NCBI RefSeq assembly: GCF_004010195.1
Contig: NC_057736.1
Location: 48,596,930 to 48,660,929, forward strand
Length of the DNA stretch: 64,000 nucleotides
Direction of reading: 5' to 3'
Source of the DNA: Chiloscyllium plagiosum
Lineage: Eukaryota
Shown: positions 1 through 12,963 of the stretch, one piece after another
How positions within the stretch are numbered: the first letter of the stretch is position 1
How the letters are laid out: every line of letters starts with the position of its first letter
Translations under genes and position numbers: made by a program
The notes under the pieces: model-generated
What the model was told of the DNA's origin: nothing
Seen by the model: only the letters and a program-made list of their open reading frames with translations
Databases searched by the model: none

Positions 1-260
1 GTCTCAGTATTTACAGTGGAGATCACAGGGAGTTTGAAATTATTTTCAGGGGGGTCCATACGAGTGGGGCAGTATTTACAGGCATGTCCCGAGGAGTGTG
101 TCATTATTGACAGGGGTGTCCTGGGGAGTGGTTTGGTACGTGTGCCGTGTCCAGGGGAGTGTGTCATTGTTTACAGGGCGGTAACGGAGTGTGTGTCAGT
201 ATTTATCGGGTTGTCCTAGTGATTGTGCACATATTCACATGGGGGGTCCCGGGAATGTTT
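1..260. repeat. End of satellite A array (~32-bp unit, core GTGTCAGTATTTACAGGG), copy 1
   Basis: Recurrent TGTCAGTATTTAC/GGGAGTGTG units; aligns by eye to 41908-42170. Confidence 0.9.
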
Positions 261-1189
261 TTTTTTTATGTACATGACGTTCAACAATCCTCCCCGCCAC
301 CAACACCTGCTTCGATATTTGCAGAGCACTCGCCTAAATCTAGTCACATATCATGTGACAGCTACTCGCGCTGACATTTGAACTCGCAGCCATTGGATAC
401 TAACCAAAGCTGCCAGAATAGATACGATGCAGAAATTAGACCATTCAGCCCAATGGATCTGCTCCAGCATTAAATCACGGCTGACGAGTTTCTAATCACC
501 AAATACCCTCTTCCTCCACTTTAGCCTTGATCCCCTGGATACTCAAAAACCTTTCGAGGTTTTTCTTAAATGTACTCAAGAACTGGACTCCATACCTTCT
601 GTGGCATTGAATTATATAGATCATCCCTCTCTAGTTGAAGAAATGTCTCCTTATCTCTGTTCTAAAAGTTTTCGTTTCACTTTAAGGCTGTGTACTCAGG
701 CCTTAGACTCTCCTACCAATGGAAACATTTTATCAACATCAACTCTGTCCAGGCCATTCTGCATTGTATATTTTGTTCAATTCAAACACCCCCATCCTTC
801 TAAAAGTAATCGAATATAGATTCAGAGTCCTCAAATGTTCCTCATATTTTAAGCTTTCATTCCTGGAATTATTCTTGTGAATCTCCTCTGAATATGGTTC
901 TGCATCCGTACATCACTCCTCAGATATGGGATCAAAAACTGCTCACAATACTCAACAATTTGGTATGACCAGAGCCTGGTATAGCCTCGGGAATATCTCC
1001 CCGCTTTCATATTAAAGTCCTCTAAAAATAAATGACAACATTGCATTTGCCTTCCTAACTACTGACTCAGCCTACAAGTTTATCTTGAGGGAATTCTGGC
1101 TGAGAACTCCCAAGTCTCCTTTGATTTAACATTTCTGAATTTTCTTCCCACATACAAAACAGTTCTTTCCTCTATTCTGGCGAAAGTTA

Positions 1190-1397
1190 GCACTGCAGAT
1201 GCTGAGGATCAAAGTCAAGATTAGAGTGGTGCTGGAAAAGCACAGCCAGTGCGGCAGCATCCGACGACCAGGAAAATCGACGTTTCAGGTAAACATCCTT
1301 CATCCTGATGAAAGGCTTTTGCCCGAAACTTCGATTATCTTCCTCCTCGGCTGCTGCCTGGCCTACTGTGTTTTTCCAGCACCACTCTAATCTTGAC
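1190..1397. mobile_element. Penelope pLTR-derived palindrome with hammerhead ribozyme core
   Basis: Inverted arms ~1214-1303 and ~1305-1397; CTGATGA (1305-1311), stem GGC-TTTT-GCC, GAAA (1325-1328). Confidence 0.8.
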
Positions 1398-1606
1398 GCA
1401 TACCTCTTTTTTCCGACCAACGTGAATGACCTCGCACTTTCCCACGTTGTACTCCAACTGCCACTTACCTCTCCTAACTTGTCCAAGTCCTTCTGCAGCC
1501 TGCAACCTTCCTCAAAGTTACCTGTTCCTATCTCTATATTTGTATCGTCTGTAAAATTAGCCAGTATGCCCTTAGTTCGTTCACTTCGATTGTTAATGCA
1601 TAATAA

Positions 1607-1957
1607 GAGTGGTATGGTGACTCTGTGGTTAGCTCTGGTGCCCTGCAGTCCCAGGGACCTGGGGTCCATTCCAGCCTCAAGCGAATTTCTGTGTGGACAT
1701 TGCACATTTTGCTCGCATCATTGTGTGTTTCCTCCGGGTGCTCCGGTTTCTCCTTCAATCCAAAGATGCACAGGTTAGATGAATAGACTGTGCTAAAATT
1801 GCCCATAGACATACGGGATGTGTAGGTTAGGTGCATTAGGTTAGCAGAGGTAAAATGTAGAGTGATAGAGGAGGGGAATGGAGCTGCATGGGTTGCTCTT
1901 TGGAGTGTTGGGGTAGACATGATTGGCCGAAGAGCCTGTTTCCACACTGTAGTGATT
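1607..1957 (+). mobile_element. tRNA-derived V-SINE (HE1-like)
   Basis: tRNA-like head (TGGTTAGC...CCATTCCAGCC), V-domain TTTCCTCCGGGTGCTCCGGTTTC..TCCAAAGATG, CR1-type tail GGCCGAAGAGCCTGTTTCCACACTGTAG. Confidence 0.88.
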
Positions 1958-3639
1958 ATATGAAAAAGTGAAAAGTTGTGATCTCAATACTAAGCCTTGC
2001 AGAACACCACTTGTCACCAGCTGTCAATCTGAGAAAGACACTTTTATGCTCACTCTCTGCTCTCTGTAAGACAATCAAGCTTCTCTCTATACGTCTGATA
2101 CCTTCGGCCTTTCTCTTACTCATTAGCCTCCTGTGTGACACCTTGTTAAAGGCATTCTGGAACTCCAGGTGCTCAATATACATGTGCTTTCCTTGGCCGA
2201 TTCTGCTCCTACATCCTCGAAGAACTCTAGTAGATTGGTCAAGCATGACCTTACCTTGATGAAACCACCTTGACTTTGCCCTATTTTATAATGCATTTCC
2301 AATATTCAGAAATCTCATCCCTCACAATGGATTGCAGGATCTTACACATGACTGAGGTAAGTGTAATCATCCTGCAATTTTCTGTCTTTTGCTTTACTCC
2401 TCTTTTTTAACAAGAGTGTTATGTAAGTGGTTTTCAAGTCCTCTGAGACCTTTCCTGAGTCTACTGATTCCTGTTTGACTTCCATTCATGCCACCAGTAT
2501 CACTTCAGCTAACTCCCTTAGAACTCTGCGTTGTCATCCACCTGGTCTGGGGTCTTTTCCAGTCTCAGGCCTCTTCTAGCATCTCCTCCTTGGTGATGAC
2601 CACCATACTCACCTCTCCACCCTCACTCTCTTGTCGGGCAAGATGGACCAGTCACTCGGAAAATATGGCTGCATGGCATGCAGTTACTGCCCAGGCAAAA
2701 GATAACCAGTTCACATCCCAAATCAGACTGCCTATCAGAACTGCTCCCTTCCTCTGTGAACGTGCATTGCCCTGCCACCAGCATCCCCACAGCCCGTTTT
2801 CCATGCCCTGCCAACACCTTTTGACGACAGTTGGTACAGGCGCACAATGAGGCTGTCGGTGGTACTGTGCAATTGTCCTCAGTCAGGTGCATGTGTACCT
2901 GTTGTTTATCAGTGTGCCACATCATTCTAACCCCTATACCATATGGAAGCAGTGACCACTGCATGTGCAACAATGTCTCTGACATGTCTGTAATCTTAGG
3001 AGAGCAAAAAACTGCATTGGATTTCATGGGGAAAATGCCAGTCGGGAGTTGGGGTTTCCTACCCCAAAACTTATTTCCGCAAATGCACTGTTGCTCATGT
3101 GATTCCCCTAGTATGGATGAACGTGAAGATCGCAACAAGTATCAGGCCACAGATAGTATCATACCTGCTGACGTCCTTCAGAATTTCCCGTTTATCCTTC
3201 CAGATTACTGCCCTCACATGGAAACGCTGTTAGGAGGCTTGGTCACTGGTCTCTGCTCATTGTATCTTCCAATAAGTCTGATGCCACGCCAAGATTTTGG
3301 TGGTCATATCTTTTCTTCCCAAGCGTGTCTGCCTCTCTATAAAGCCCAGTTATGCTTCTCGCTTAATGATTGTGTCTGTCTGTCGGCAAGGTTGTTTAAT
3401 TTGGGTTACTGTTATCCATCATTGATCACCCTGTTACCCTGTCTCGCTGATGCTGACATCAATCATTTTGTTCTCTGTGTTATTCGTTAATTTTGTTGCA
3501 AATGTTTTGTACACTTAAAAAGAAAATGTTTTAATATCGTTTAATAAACTATATAATTATCCAGAACGCACTACCCGCTCACCCACCCATCCAATCCCTG
3601 TAAGCCAACCACCTAAACAATACATCTCTGGACACTGCG

Positions 3640-3820
3640 GGGTTACTTAGTACAGTAAAGCCACATAATCTGCACATCCTTGGACCGTTGTAGGATACCT
3701 GAAAACCCGGCAGAAACCACTGCTGACATTAAGAGAGCGTAACAATTGAAAAGGCTGGCATCGAACCCATATCCGTGGCGTTGTGAGGCAGCCGAGCTAA
3801 CCATTGAACTATTATGATGC
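3640..3820 (-). mobile_element. V-SINE 5' part, decayed
   Basis: Reverse complement shows TGGTTAGC A-box, GGTTCGATGCCAGCC B-box and V-domain TCCAAGGATGTGCAG. Confidence 0.7.
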
Positions 3821-3849
3821 CCCATTGGGCTGCCAAATCTCCAGTCAAT

Positions 3850-4180
3850 TGTAGCCTGCCCCTGTTTTAGTTGGAGTCGCTGTCCAATACCCTGATTATG
3901 TAATTGACTGGGTGACTGGTCCCAGCACCCGTGGATGCCGTGGATCCCATGCAAGTGGAACAGATCGCTGTACCCTGAGTACTGCTGCCAGTGCCCCATA
4001 AACTGGAATCACTTCTCCTCACACGACTGTGTGTCTGAGCCTGGAATCATCCTGTGATTTATACATGAATCACAGCTCGTGTTATGACTGATTAGATGGG
4101 TTTGCATATTTGTACTGCCTGAATCTCTTAATCTTGCTCTGACTCTGAAAGTTCCTGGTTCAGCAAAATTCTTTACTTGA
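3850..4180 (-). mobile_element. Old CR1 ORF1 (SGNH esterase) C-terminal remnant
   Basis: Minus-strand ...EEK*FQFMGHWQQYSGYSDLFHLHGIH resembles the CR1 ORF1 motif GFxFxGHWxxxWGRxxLFxxDGLH. Confidence 0.55.
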
Positions 4181-5528
4181 GAGAGGAGAGGAGGGAGATG
4201 AGGTATCACAAGTTAGTGATGGAGAGTAGGATGTTCCAGATCTCAGTGGGCCTCTGTATTCTTCAGTATGAAGCGTTCTCACTGTGAGTGTCTAATTACT
4301 TTCTCTGTCTCCGGTAGCTGCTTGAGTACTTACTGACTCAGCAGAATTCTCCACTCATAGCTTTTCCATCACCTCATTGAGGATAATCGACCATCCAGAC
4401 AGGGAATGGAGAGTGAGATCTGCAGCCTTCAATAAAAGCCACAGTGAACAGAGGACAGAGTACAAGTTTAAGGCAGCACAGACCTGGGCTGATGATCGAA
4501 TATCGTCACGTGGGGTCTTAGTGAAGCTCCGTCGACCAGAGGTGAAGCAGCTCTCTCACGATAGGGTGAGCATGAAGCCTGGGGTCTTCCTGTACTTTGT
4601 GTTTTATTCTCTTCCACGCTATACATATTTATTTTTATGTCTGTGTTTTTAAGTGCACTAACTTCCACAATCGTTCCTATTGGTGTTACCTCTTCTAGTC
4701 TTTGCATTGAACTCTATCAATGTAACCTATTTCCCATCGAATACGCCTCTCCATCTCTGTTTAGTCTAGAGGCAACACACTATCCCTGTCTCTGAAGACT
4801 TCTTGCATCGTTTCAACCTTCGCTATCTCTACAACCTCAACTGTGTCTCCAATCTTCCCCAGTCCTGACAATCCTATCTCTGTAACCTGCTACCATTTCC
4901 ACTACACACGATTCCTGCAGCATTCTTCAGCACCTAGTACTCTATCAATGTCTGTTATTTCCTACTGTCCCCACAACCATCTCTGTCCAAGCTCTGTCAG
5001 TTCCAAAAACTTGCCCTGTCCCTGTTGCTGTCCACTGGCGTATACCATCCCTCTGTTCCATGACCACCAAACGCCTCGACAAAAATCTCTTGATCTGCAA
5101 TGTGGTTCAGTCTTACCAAACAGACCGACCATAGTAACCGTTCTACCTCTGAAAACCCTCCATATCTCAGATTGCATTCAGCACCTCTCAGACTGTCCTC
5201 CGATAACTTGTCCACCTTTCGGCTCACTATTGTGTAATTCCTGGCATATTCCTGGAGCCTTTCTTAAATGATGGTTCAACATTAACCATCCTCCAATCTC
5301 CAGGCATTTCGTCCATGTTAATGATGCGTATCTTCTCTGGGAGCCTACAAATACCTCCCTAGCCACACAAAAAGAATCCAATCTCGAAAACGTTCCCTTT
5401 CTGCGTAATAATCAGTCATACAAAGTTTGCTTCCTACATATCAACATGGGACCTCTTCCCCACCTCATACTCATACCAACAACCTCTCAAACCATGCTCA
5501 CTCTATTCTCGTAGCAATGCCCTTTGAC

Positions 5529-8004
5529 CATAGAACAAAGAACAATAAAACGCAGAACACTCACTTCAGCCCTCGATCTTATGCCGAAATTTGAACTCCT
5601 CTAAGATCATCCCTCTACACGATCCCATTATTATCCATGTGCTTATACAAGGATTGTTTAAATTTCCCTAATGTGTCTGAGTTAAATACATTGGCAGGGA
5701 GGGCATTCCACGCCCTTACCACTCTCTGAGTAAATAACGTGTCTCTGACATCCGTCTTAAATCTATCTCCCCTCAAGTTGTAGTTATGTGTCCTCGTACA
5801 AGCAGAAGTTCATCATCGTAGGAAGAAGACATTCACTGTCTACCCTATCCAATCGTCTGATCATCTTGTATGTCTCTTTCACAAACACTTCGCATTCTAA
5901 TTTCCATTGAGAACAGACCCAAGTCTCTCAGCCTTTCCAAATAAGACATTCCCTCCAGACCAGGAAAAATCCTTGTAATTCAGCTCTGCACCTTTCACAT
6001 CCTTCCTGTAATGTGGCGAGTAGAACTGTACATAATATTTCAAGTGTGGCCGCACTGGCGTTTTGTATCGTTGCAGCATGACAATACGACTCCAGAACTC
6101 AATCCCTCCATCAACAAAACCTAACACACTGTGTGCCTTCTTAACAGCGCCAGCAAACTGGTTGGCAACTTTCAGGGATCTATGAACATGGACTCCAAGA
6201 TCCGTCTGCACATCCATACGACTAAGAACCGTTCATTTGACACACTATTCTGCCTTTCTGTTACTCTTCCCAAAGTGAATCACCTCACTATTAGTTGCAT
6301 TGAACTCCATTTGCCAACACACAGTCCAATTTTGAAGTTTATCCAAGCCCTCCTGCAACCTATAACATTCTTCGATACTGTCCACTTTTCCACTGACTTT
6401 CGTGTCAGCTGTAAATCTATGAAGCCATCCACCTACGCCTGCGTCTAGGTCATTTATGAAAATCACAAACAGCAGTGTTCCCAAAACGGATCCTTGTGGC
6501 ACACCACGAGGATCCGGAATCCAGGCTGAATATTTTCCAACAACCACCATTTCAAAAAGCCACTTTCTAATCGAAACTGCTAAATCACCCTCAGTCCCAT
6601 GCCTCTTCAACAGCGTACCATGTGGAACCTTATCAAAGCTTTGCTGAAGTTCATGTACAGCACATCAACTGCCCTACCCTGATCCACATGCTTGGTCACC
6701 TTTTGAGTAAACTCAATGAGGTTTGTGAGATATGACCTGCACTTGACGAAACCATGTTGAACATCTGCAATCAAATTATTGCTTGATGGATAATTATAAA
6801 TCCTGTCTTTTATAATCCTTTACAAAAATGTACTTCGAACACACTTCAGGCTCACTGGTCTTAAATTACTCACCTACCACTAAATCAAACAACTGGTCTG
6901 GTTCATTACAATGCACCAAATCCAATATGGCCTCCCCTCTTGTCGACCCTCCGACATACAGTGCCAAAAAACCCTTCTGCACATATGGGATAGAAATGAT
7001 CCACCCGACATACTAAATTTGAAGCATTTCAAGTCAATGTTGGGAAGTTAAAGTCCCCATAATGATCACTCTTTCCTTTCATTCCTAAACTGAATAAGTT
7101 TGCCAATCCTCTCCTACACCTCCCTGAAACACTGTCGAGGCCTATATAAAATCTCCCTCAGTAGACGAGTCCTCGTCAGAAGTCCTTTCAGCCACCTTTA
7201 TAATTTCCTTTACTAAGAAGGCCACAATTCTCCCTGTTTTACACACTTGTCTGTTCTTAATGAAAAATTTAAGCCTCATAACCTGGAACATCCATTCATG
7301 ACCCAGTTCCATCAATGTCTCCGAAATTGCTGCACATAGAAGTCCCAGGTACCTATCCATGCTGCAAGCTCAACTACCTTACTTCAGATACTTCTGCCGT
7401 TGAAGCACAAACACTCCAAACCAGCTTGTTGTCTGCCTCCACTTCCCTGTGACCGTGAAATCCTGTCCATCCCCACCCGACTCTCATCCTCCTGTACACT
7501 GGAACTATATCTCAGCTTCCCATCGCGCTGCTGAGCTAGTTTAAACCCACCCGAATCGCACCAGGAAATTTATTACCCAAGAGATTAGTTCCCATCTGGT
7601 TCAAATGATGATCATCCTGTTGGAGAGGTCCGGCCTTCCACAGATTGAGCCCCAATTATCCAAACCCCTGAAACCCTCCCTCCTTCACCATCCCTGCAGC
7701 CACATGTTCAGCTCATATCTCGCTATCCCGTGGTAATGGTAACAATCCAGAAATAATCGCTGTTTGTTTTGACCCTCAGCTTCCACCCGAGCTCCCTGAA
7801 ATCCTGCTTACATTCCTATCCCTCTTTCTACCTGTGTCGTTGGTACCCACGTGGACTACGACTAAGGGCTGATCACCCTCTACCTTCAAGGCCCCAAAGA
7901 CACGATCTGAGACATAATGGACCCTGCCACCTGGGAGGCAACACACCAAACGTGAGTCTTGTTTGTTCCCAACAAACCGTCTATCTGACCCTCTAACTGT
8001 TGAG
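5529..8004 (-). mobile_element. CR1 LINE (ORF1 esterase, endonuclease and RT remnants, 3' UTR), internally deleted, runs into the gap
   Basis: GVPQGSVLGTLLFVIFINDL...FTADTKV and DLGVHVHRSLK...LKYYVQFYSPHY; paralogue at 47888-51540. Confidence 0.93.
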
Positions 8005-8504
8005 NNNNNNNNNNNNNNNNNNNNNNNNNNNNNNNNNNNNNNNNNNNNNNNNNNNNNNNNNNNNNNNNNNNNNNNNNNNNNNNNNNNNNNNNNNNNNNNN
8101 NNNNNNNNNNNNNNNNNNNNNNNNNNNNNNNNNNNNNNNNNNNNNNNNNNNNNNNNNNNNNNNNNNNNNNNNNNNNNNNNNNNNNNNNNNNNNNNNNNNN
8201 NNNNNNNNNNNNNNNNNNNNNNNNNNNNNNNNNNNNNNNNNNNNNNNNNNNNNNNNNNNNNNNNNNNNNNNNNNNNNNNNNNNNNNNNNNNNNNNNNNNN
8301 NNNNNNNNNNNNNNNNNNNNNNNNNNNNNNNNNNNNNNNNNNNNNNNNNNNNNNNNNNNNNNNNNNNNNNNNNNNNNNNNNNNNNNNNNNNNNNNNNNNN
8401 NNNNNNNNNNNNNNNNNNNNNNNNNNNNNNNNNNNNNNNNNNNNNNNNNNNNNNNNNNNNNNNNNNNNNNNNNNNNNNNNNNNNNNNNNNNNNNNNNNNN
8501 NNNN
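8005..8504. other. Assembly gap (500 N)
   Basis: Run of n. Confidence 1.
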
Positions 8505-8932
8505 AAAGAAAGGGGAATGGTCATTTCTTTAGTTTGTTAGGCTGAGCGGTTTTTGTTAAGTCTGAACATGGATGTTCAACAGGGAGCTGTGTGGAAAATC
8601 TTCTCTTTGCTGTCCATCAACTTCAACCTGTAAGCATGTCTTCCACTTATACCAGGTATTAAAAAGAGTTGACTTATTGCGACTGTTGTGTGTATTCGGA
8701 ACAACATAATTAAGTCTAGCTGGATAGGTTGCCTTCTGTCTGGTTTCTTTATTCTGTACTTTATTTTTCATTGTGCAATTTTGTGGATAATAGTTTATGT
8801 CTGTTTTTAAATCCAGCAGTCAATTACCTTACCCCAGGTAATTTTCACTGTACACTTTCGAAACAAATTACAACGTTCGTACTAAGGCTGCCTCTTAAGA
8901 ATATTTTGAGTGGTCTGGGCTAGTTCATCACA
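8505..8932 (+). repeat. 5' LTR (partial, cut by the gap)
   Basis: Similar to 13160-13590, ends TTTGAGTGGTCTGG...CATCACA. Confidence 0.85.
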
Positions 8933-11900
8933 GTTTGGGGGCACTTTGCGATATTTTAGACAGCGAGTGGGAGGTGCTAATGCTTTTATTTTGGGTGTTT
9001 GTTTGTTTGGGGAGACAATGCTTAGGATAATAATGGCACTTTGAGTCGGCAAACGTTTTCTCGATATGGATGTAGTGACTTTGGAAGGTTTTGAATATGC
9101 GAGGTTTTGATCTCACGAATAATTTAACTCGAGTTAAAAAAGAGACCCCTGAAGGTGATAAGAAAGTCAAAAGGCTTTGGTGTTTTCATGGTAATAAAGT
9201 GGGCCACACGAAAGAACAGTGTTAGTCGGCTAGGAAAAAGCCAGATATAGGAAAGCTTGGAAGTGTTTTTGGATTGTAACAGAAAGCACAAGGGAAGTTA
9301 GACAACTGCTTCAGAGTCTACACGATGACAAGAGGTTGAGAAAGGAGGAAATACCAGATCTCCTCAAAAAATAAATGCAACGGTAAAGTTTATTCACATA
9401 GGGCAAGAGTAGTCAGCAAGAAGGTTACAATATCAAAGGACACAGGATCCTCCCAGACTGTAATGCTGAAGAACGAGGAGATACACACTCCTGAAAGACG
9501 ATTGCTGGAAAAGGTGCTGGTAACAGGGATTCATGGTAAGGCAAAATGTGTTCAATTATGTGAAGAGAGGCTGGAGAGTCCAGACGAGAGTGGATAATTT
9601 GTAGGAGGCGGTCTGGACAAATGCTCAGCTCCCGGGATCCAATTTTTCCTTGGAAATGCTATGGCTGATTCACCGGAAGGCGTGCTGCCTACCCTAGTTG
9701 AAAACCCAATTGACACACAAGCAACTAAAGACATGGAGAATGTTTATTCAGGAAATTTCCCTGGATGTGTGATCACAAGATCACAGCGGCACAAGCTGAA
9801 GCAAAATAGATCAAAAGGCACAGATAAAGAAGTTGGCGAAGTGTTATCTGAAACTCCCTTTAATCAGATAAGTGAAAAAGAGAAGGAATTACCAACTTCA
9901 GAGGATTCTGAGTTGGATATTCCTCAAACCAAATTGGACAATGAGGAATTTGTCAAAAATTGGGAGAGACTCCTGTGTTATCTTTCACAGGAAAATATGC
10001 AATCATCTCAGTATTTTAACTCTAATAAGCTGATTGAATTATGGCAGAAAGATGAGGAGTTAAAACAGTTGTATCAAAAGGCATTTCCTGAGAAAGAAAG
10101 CGAATGCATTCCTGTATGTTATCACTCAACAAATGATGTCTCAATGAGGAATGGAGACCATCACACATTCAAATAGGTGAGAAACGGGCAGAAATTCATC
10201 AAAATATTTTGCCAGTGGGGTACAGAAAGGAGGTGCTGTGAGTGGCGCATGAGCTACCATTGGAGCTCATTTCCGGGTAAGAAAAACACGGGTTATAATA
10301 CAAAGACATTTTTACTGGCTTGGACTACACAAAGATGTAATTGAATTTTGCCAGATATGGAAGACATGTCAGCTATTCAGACAACCACAAGCATAAATAA
10401 AGCCTGCTGCTTTAATATTTATTCCAGCATTTGAGGTAACATTCAAAACAGTCTTGATTGATTGTGTCGGTCCCCTACCTCAAACAAAAACCATTAACAA
10501 TAATGGACGTATTGGCTCGATTTTCAGAGTTAAACCCATTATGCAAAATCTTAGCCAAAAGGGTTGCAGAAAAACAACTTAATTTGTTTTTACTAGATAC
10601 GACCTACCAATAGAGATTCCAGGCAAATCAAGGAACAAACTTCACATCCAGACTATTCAAGAAGGTTATGGATAATTTGGGAATAAAGCAATTCAAATCT
10701 ACTGCGTGCCATCCGGTAAACCAGGGAGTGGAATCAAACACGAAAGACCATGTTAACGGTTTATAGTCTGGATTATGCAGATGATGGGGAGAATGGAATT
10801 CGATTTGTAATTTTTTGCGTTCAGAGATGCACAGAATGAATCGACCAAGTTCAGGCCATTTGAATTATTTCCGGGGCATTAAGTAAGAGGATTGATTAAA
10901 TTTGTTAAAAGTCCGTTATAATTGATTAAGGAGAAATTAATAAGTCAGAGTTCAGAGACCACCCATTTGAAGTATGTATAAACTTTTAGGGAACGATTAA
11001 TTTGAACTGGAGAGTTGGCTAGAAAGAATTAAAAAGTAACATGCCATGTAATGAAATAAGAAGCAGATAAGAAATCACAAATTCGGAATTTTGCAATTAG
11101 GCTCTCGATGTTGGTGGTACTTCCAGTTACAGTTGAGCACTTAAAAGCAAGGTTTCGTGGACCATAACAAACTAAACGGAAATTGAGCGAGGTAAACTAC
11201 TTGATAACGACTCCAGGCAGGAAGAAATCTCACAGAGTGTGTCACGTGGATATGCTTAAAAGGTATTTTGATTGGGAAGGAAAGCAAGAGGAGAGCGTGT
11301 TAATGATGACAGCACAGAAGGAATTACCAACATCAGAGGATTCTGAGTTGGATATTCCTCAAACCAAATTGGACAATGAGGAATTTGTCAAAAATTGGGA
11401 GAGACTCCTGTGTTATCTTTCACAGGAAAATCGAAATGACCCGAAAGAGATATTACGATGACTTTGAAAAAAAATACGGAAATAAACTGGGAAGTAATGA
11501 TCTAATTGTGCAGAACATAGATATCAGAGATGCGGTTCTGATTAAATAACATCCTTTTCGGCATAACCTGCTAAAGTTGGAACAGGCTCAGAAAGAGATA
11601 GAGCGCATGCTTTAAGATGATATAATAGAAATATGTTAGAGTGACTGGAGCTCACCCATAGTCATGGTGCCAAAGCCAGATGATATCCAACGTTTACGTG
11701 TGGACTTGTGAAGTCAACGCTGTTACAAAGACTGACGTGTAGCCAATTTCACGTTTGGAGGACTGTGTTGAAAAGGTGGAACAAGCAACTTGCATTTATA
11801 AATTGGACTTGCTCAGACGCTACTGGCAAGTACAATTCTCAGACAGAGCAAAGGCGATTTCAGGTTTGCTTACTCCAGATTGACCAGATCAGTTCAATGT

Positions 11901-12963
11901 CATGCCATTTGGTATGAACAGCGCTCGGGACAAGCCATATTTCAGAGACTGACAAATAAGGTTTTCACCAGATGTATGGTGTACATTGTTGATTTGGTGA
12001 TTTTTAGTCACTCGTGGAAGGAACACGTACAGCATTTATCAGATTATTTGATCGACTTCAGAAGACATGCTTGGTGGTAAACCTGGCTAATAGTGAATGT
12101 TCCAAAGCACAAGTCAACTTTGTTGGTTCATGTTATTTGACATCGACAAATGGCTCCCGGGAAAATGAATGTAACTGGCGAATTTCCCCACACCATCAAC
12201 AATAAAAGCAGTAACACCGTTCCTGGGGCTGAGTGGATTTTGCCAAATGTTTGTGCCAAAACTTTGCAGTGTCACTGCACCACTCACCGAGTTGCTATAA
12301 AAGGTCAAGAACTTTCGGTAGGCAGAGGACTATCAAAAGGCATTGACAGCCTAAAAACTGTTGTTAACCACTGCCCCAGTGTGAGCCATACTGGATTACA
12401 TGAAGCCTTTCAAGGTGGCCATCGATGCCAGTGATGTTAGTATTTGTGTGGTGCTCCTGCAGGAGGATGACGAGGGAATCGAAAGATCCAACAGATATTT
12501 TTTCCAGGAAGTTAAACGTTCATCAACAGAAATATTAAACAATGAAGAAAGAATCTTTCAACTTGGAGTTGGGGCATTACAATATTTCAGTGTTTATATC
12601 ACGAGCAACGCATCTGAGACAATCATGTACACTGATCATAATCCATTGACATTTGTGAAAAGAATTTAAGGACAAAAATGCCAGACTGTTTGGATAAGGC
12701 TTGTTGGTCCAGCCATTCAATTTCAGAATTGTGCACGTGGCACGTCGCGAAAACAAGATTGCCAATGCATTATCGAGACTCAACTGAGATGCGGAGGTAT
12801 TCATTGGTGGGTGTGCCGCGGCCTGAAGTTGCATGTGGTTGTGCATGTTTGCATGCTTATAGTCATTGCAGCGTATAAATGTGTTCAGACTACCGACCGG
12901 GTTTTGAAGGGTTAAAAATGAAGCCTTTTTTGGTATTGATGGTTCATTTTTTAACGGTGCAGG

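Larger units (their letters stand above)
415..2560 (-). mobile_element. CR1 LINE 3' fragment (RT C-terminus + 3' UTR), interrupted by a Penelope palindrome and a V-SINE
   Basis: Minus-strand peptides EYCEQFLIPYLRSDV...IQRRFTRIIPGMK, ANFTDDTNI...LQKDLDKL and FQNAFNKVSHRRLMSK are CR1 RT motifs. Confidence 0.9.
1..8004 (+). repeat. Segmental duplication copy 1 (paralogue at ~41908-51250)
   Basis: Collinear similarity throughout, including shared nested TE junctions; copy 1 lacks ~47340-47800 and ~49253-50100 of copy 2. Confidence 0.95.

Noticed and set aside
1607-1690. tRNA gene
   Set aside because: A degenerate tRNA-derived SINE head continuing directly into the V-domain
2600-2760. Possible Harbinger Myb/SANT fragment (AAWHAVTAQAK)
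   Set aside because: Similarity too short to support; no TIRs or transposase motifs seen
4040-4450. Immunoglobulin/TCR-like signals (TTTGCAT, CACAGTG) and an apparent minus-strand intron
   Set aside because: No V-domain motifs and no nonamer at 12/23 spacing; adjacent sequence translates as CR1 ORF1; the donor and octamer-like motif are not conserved in copy 2
7886-8545. ORFs of 181-212 aa
   Set aside because: Artefacts of the N run
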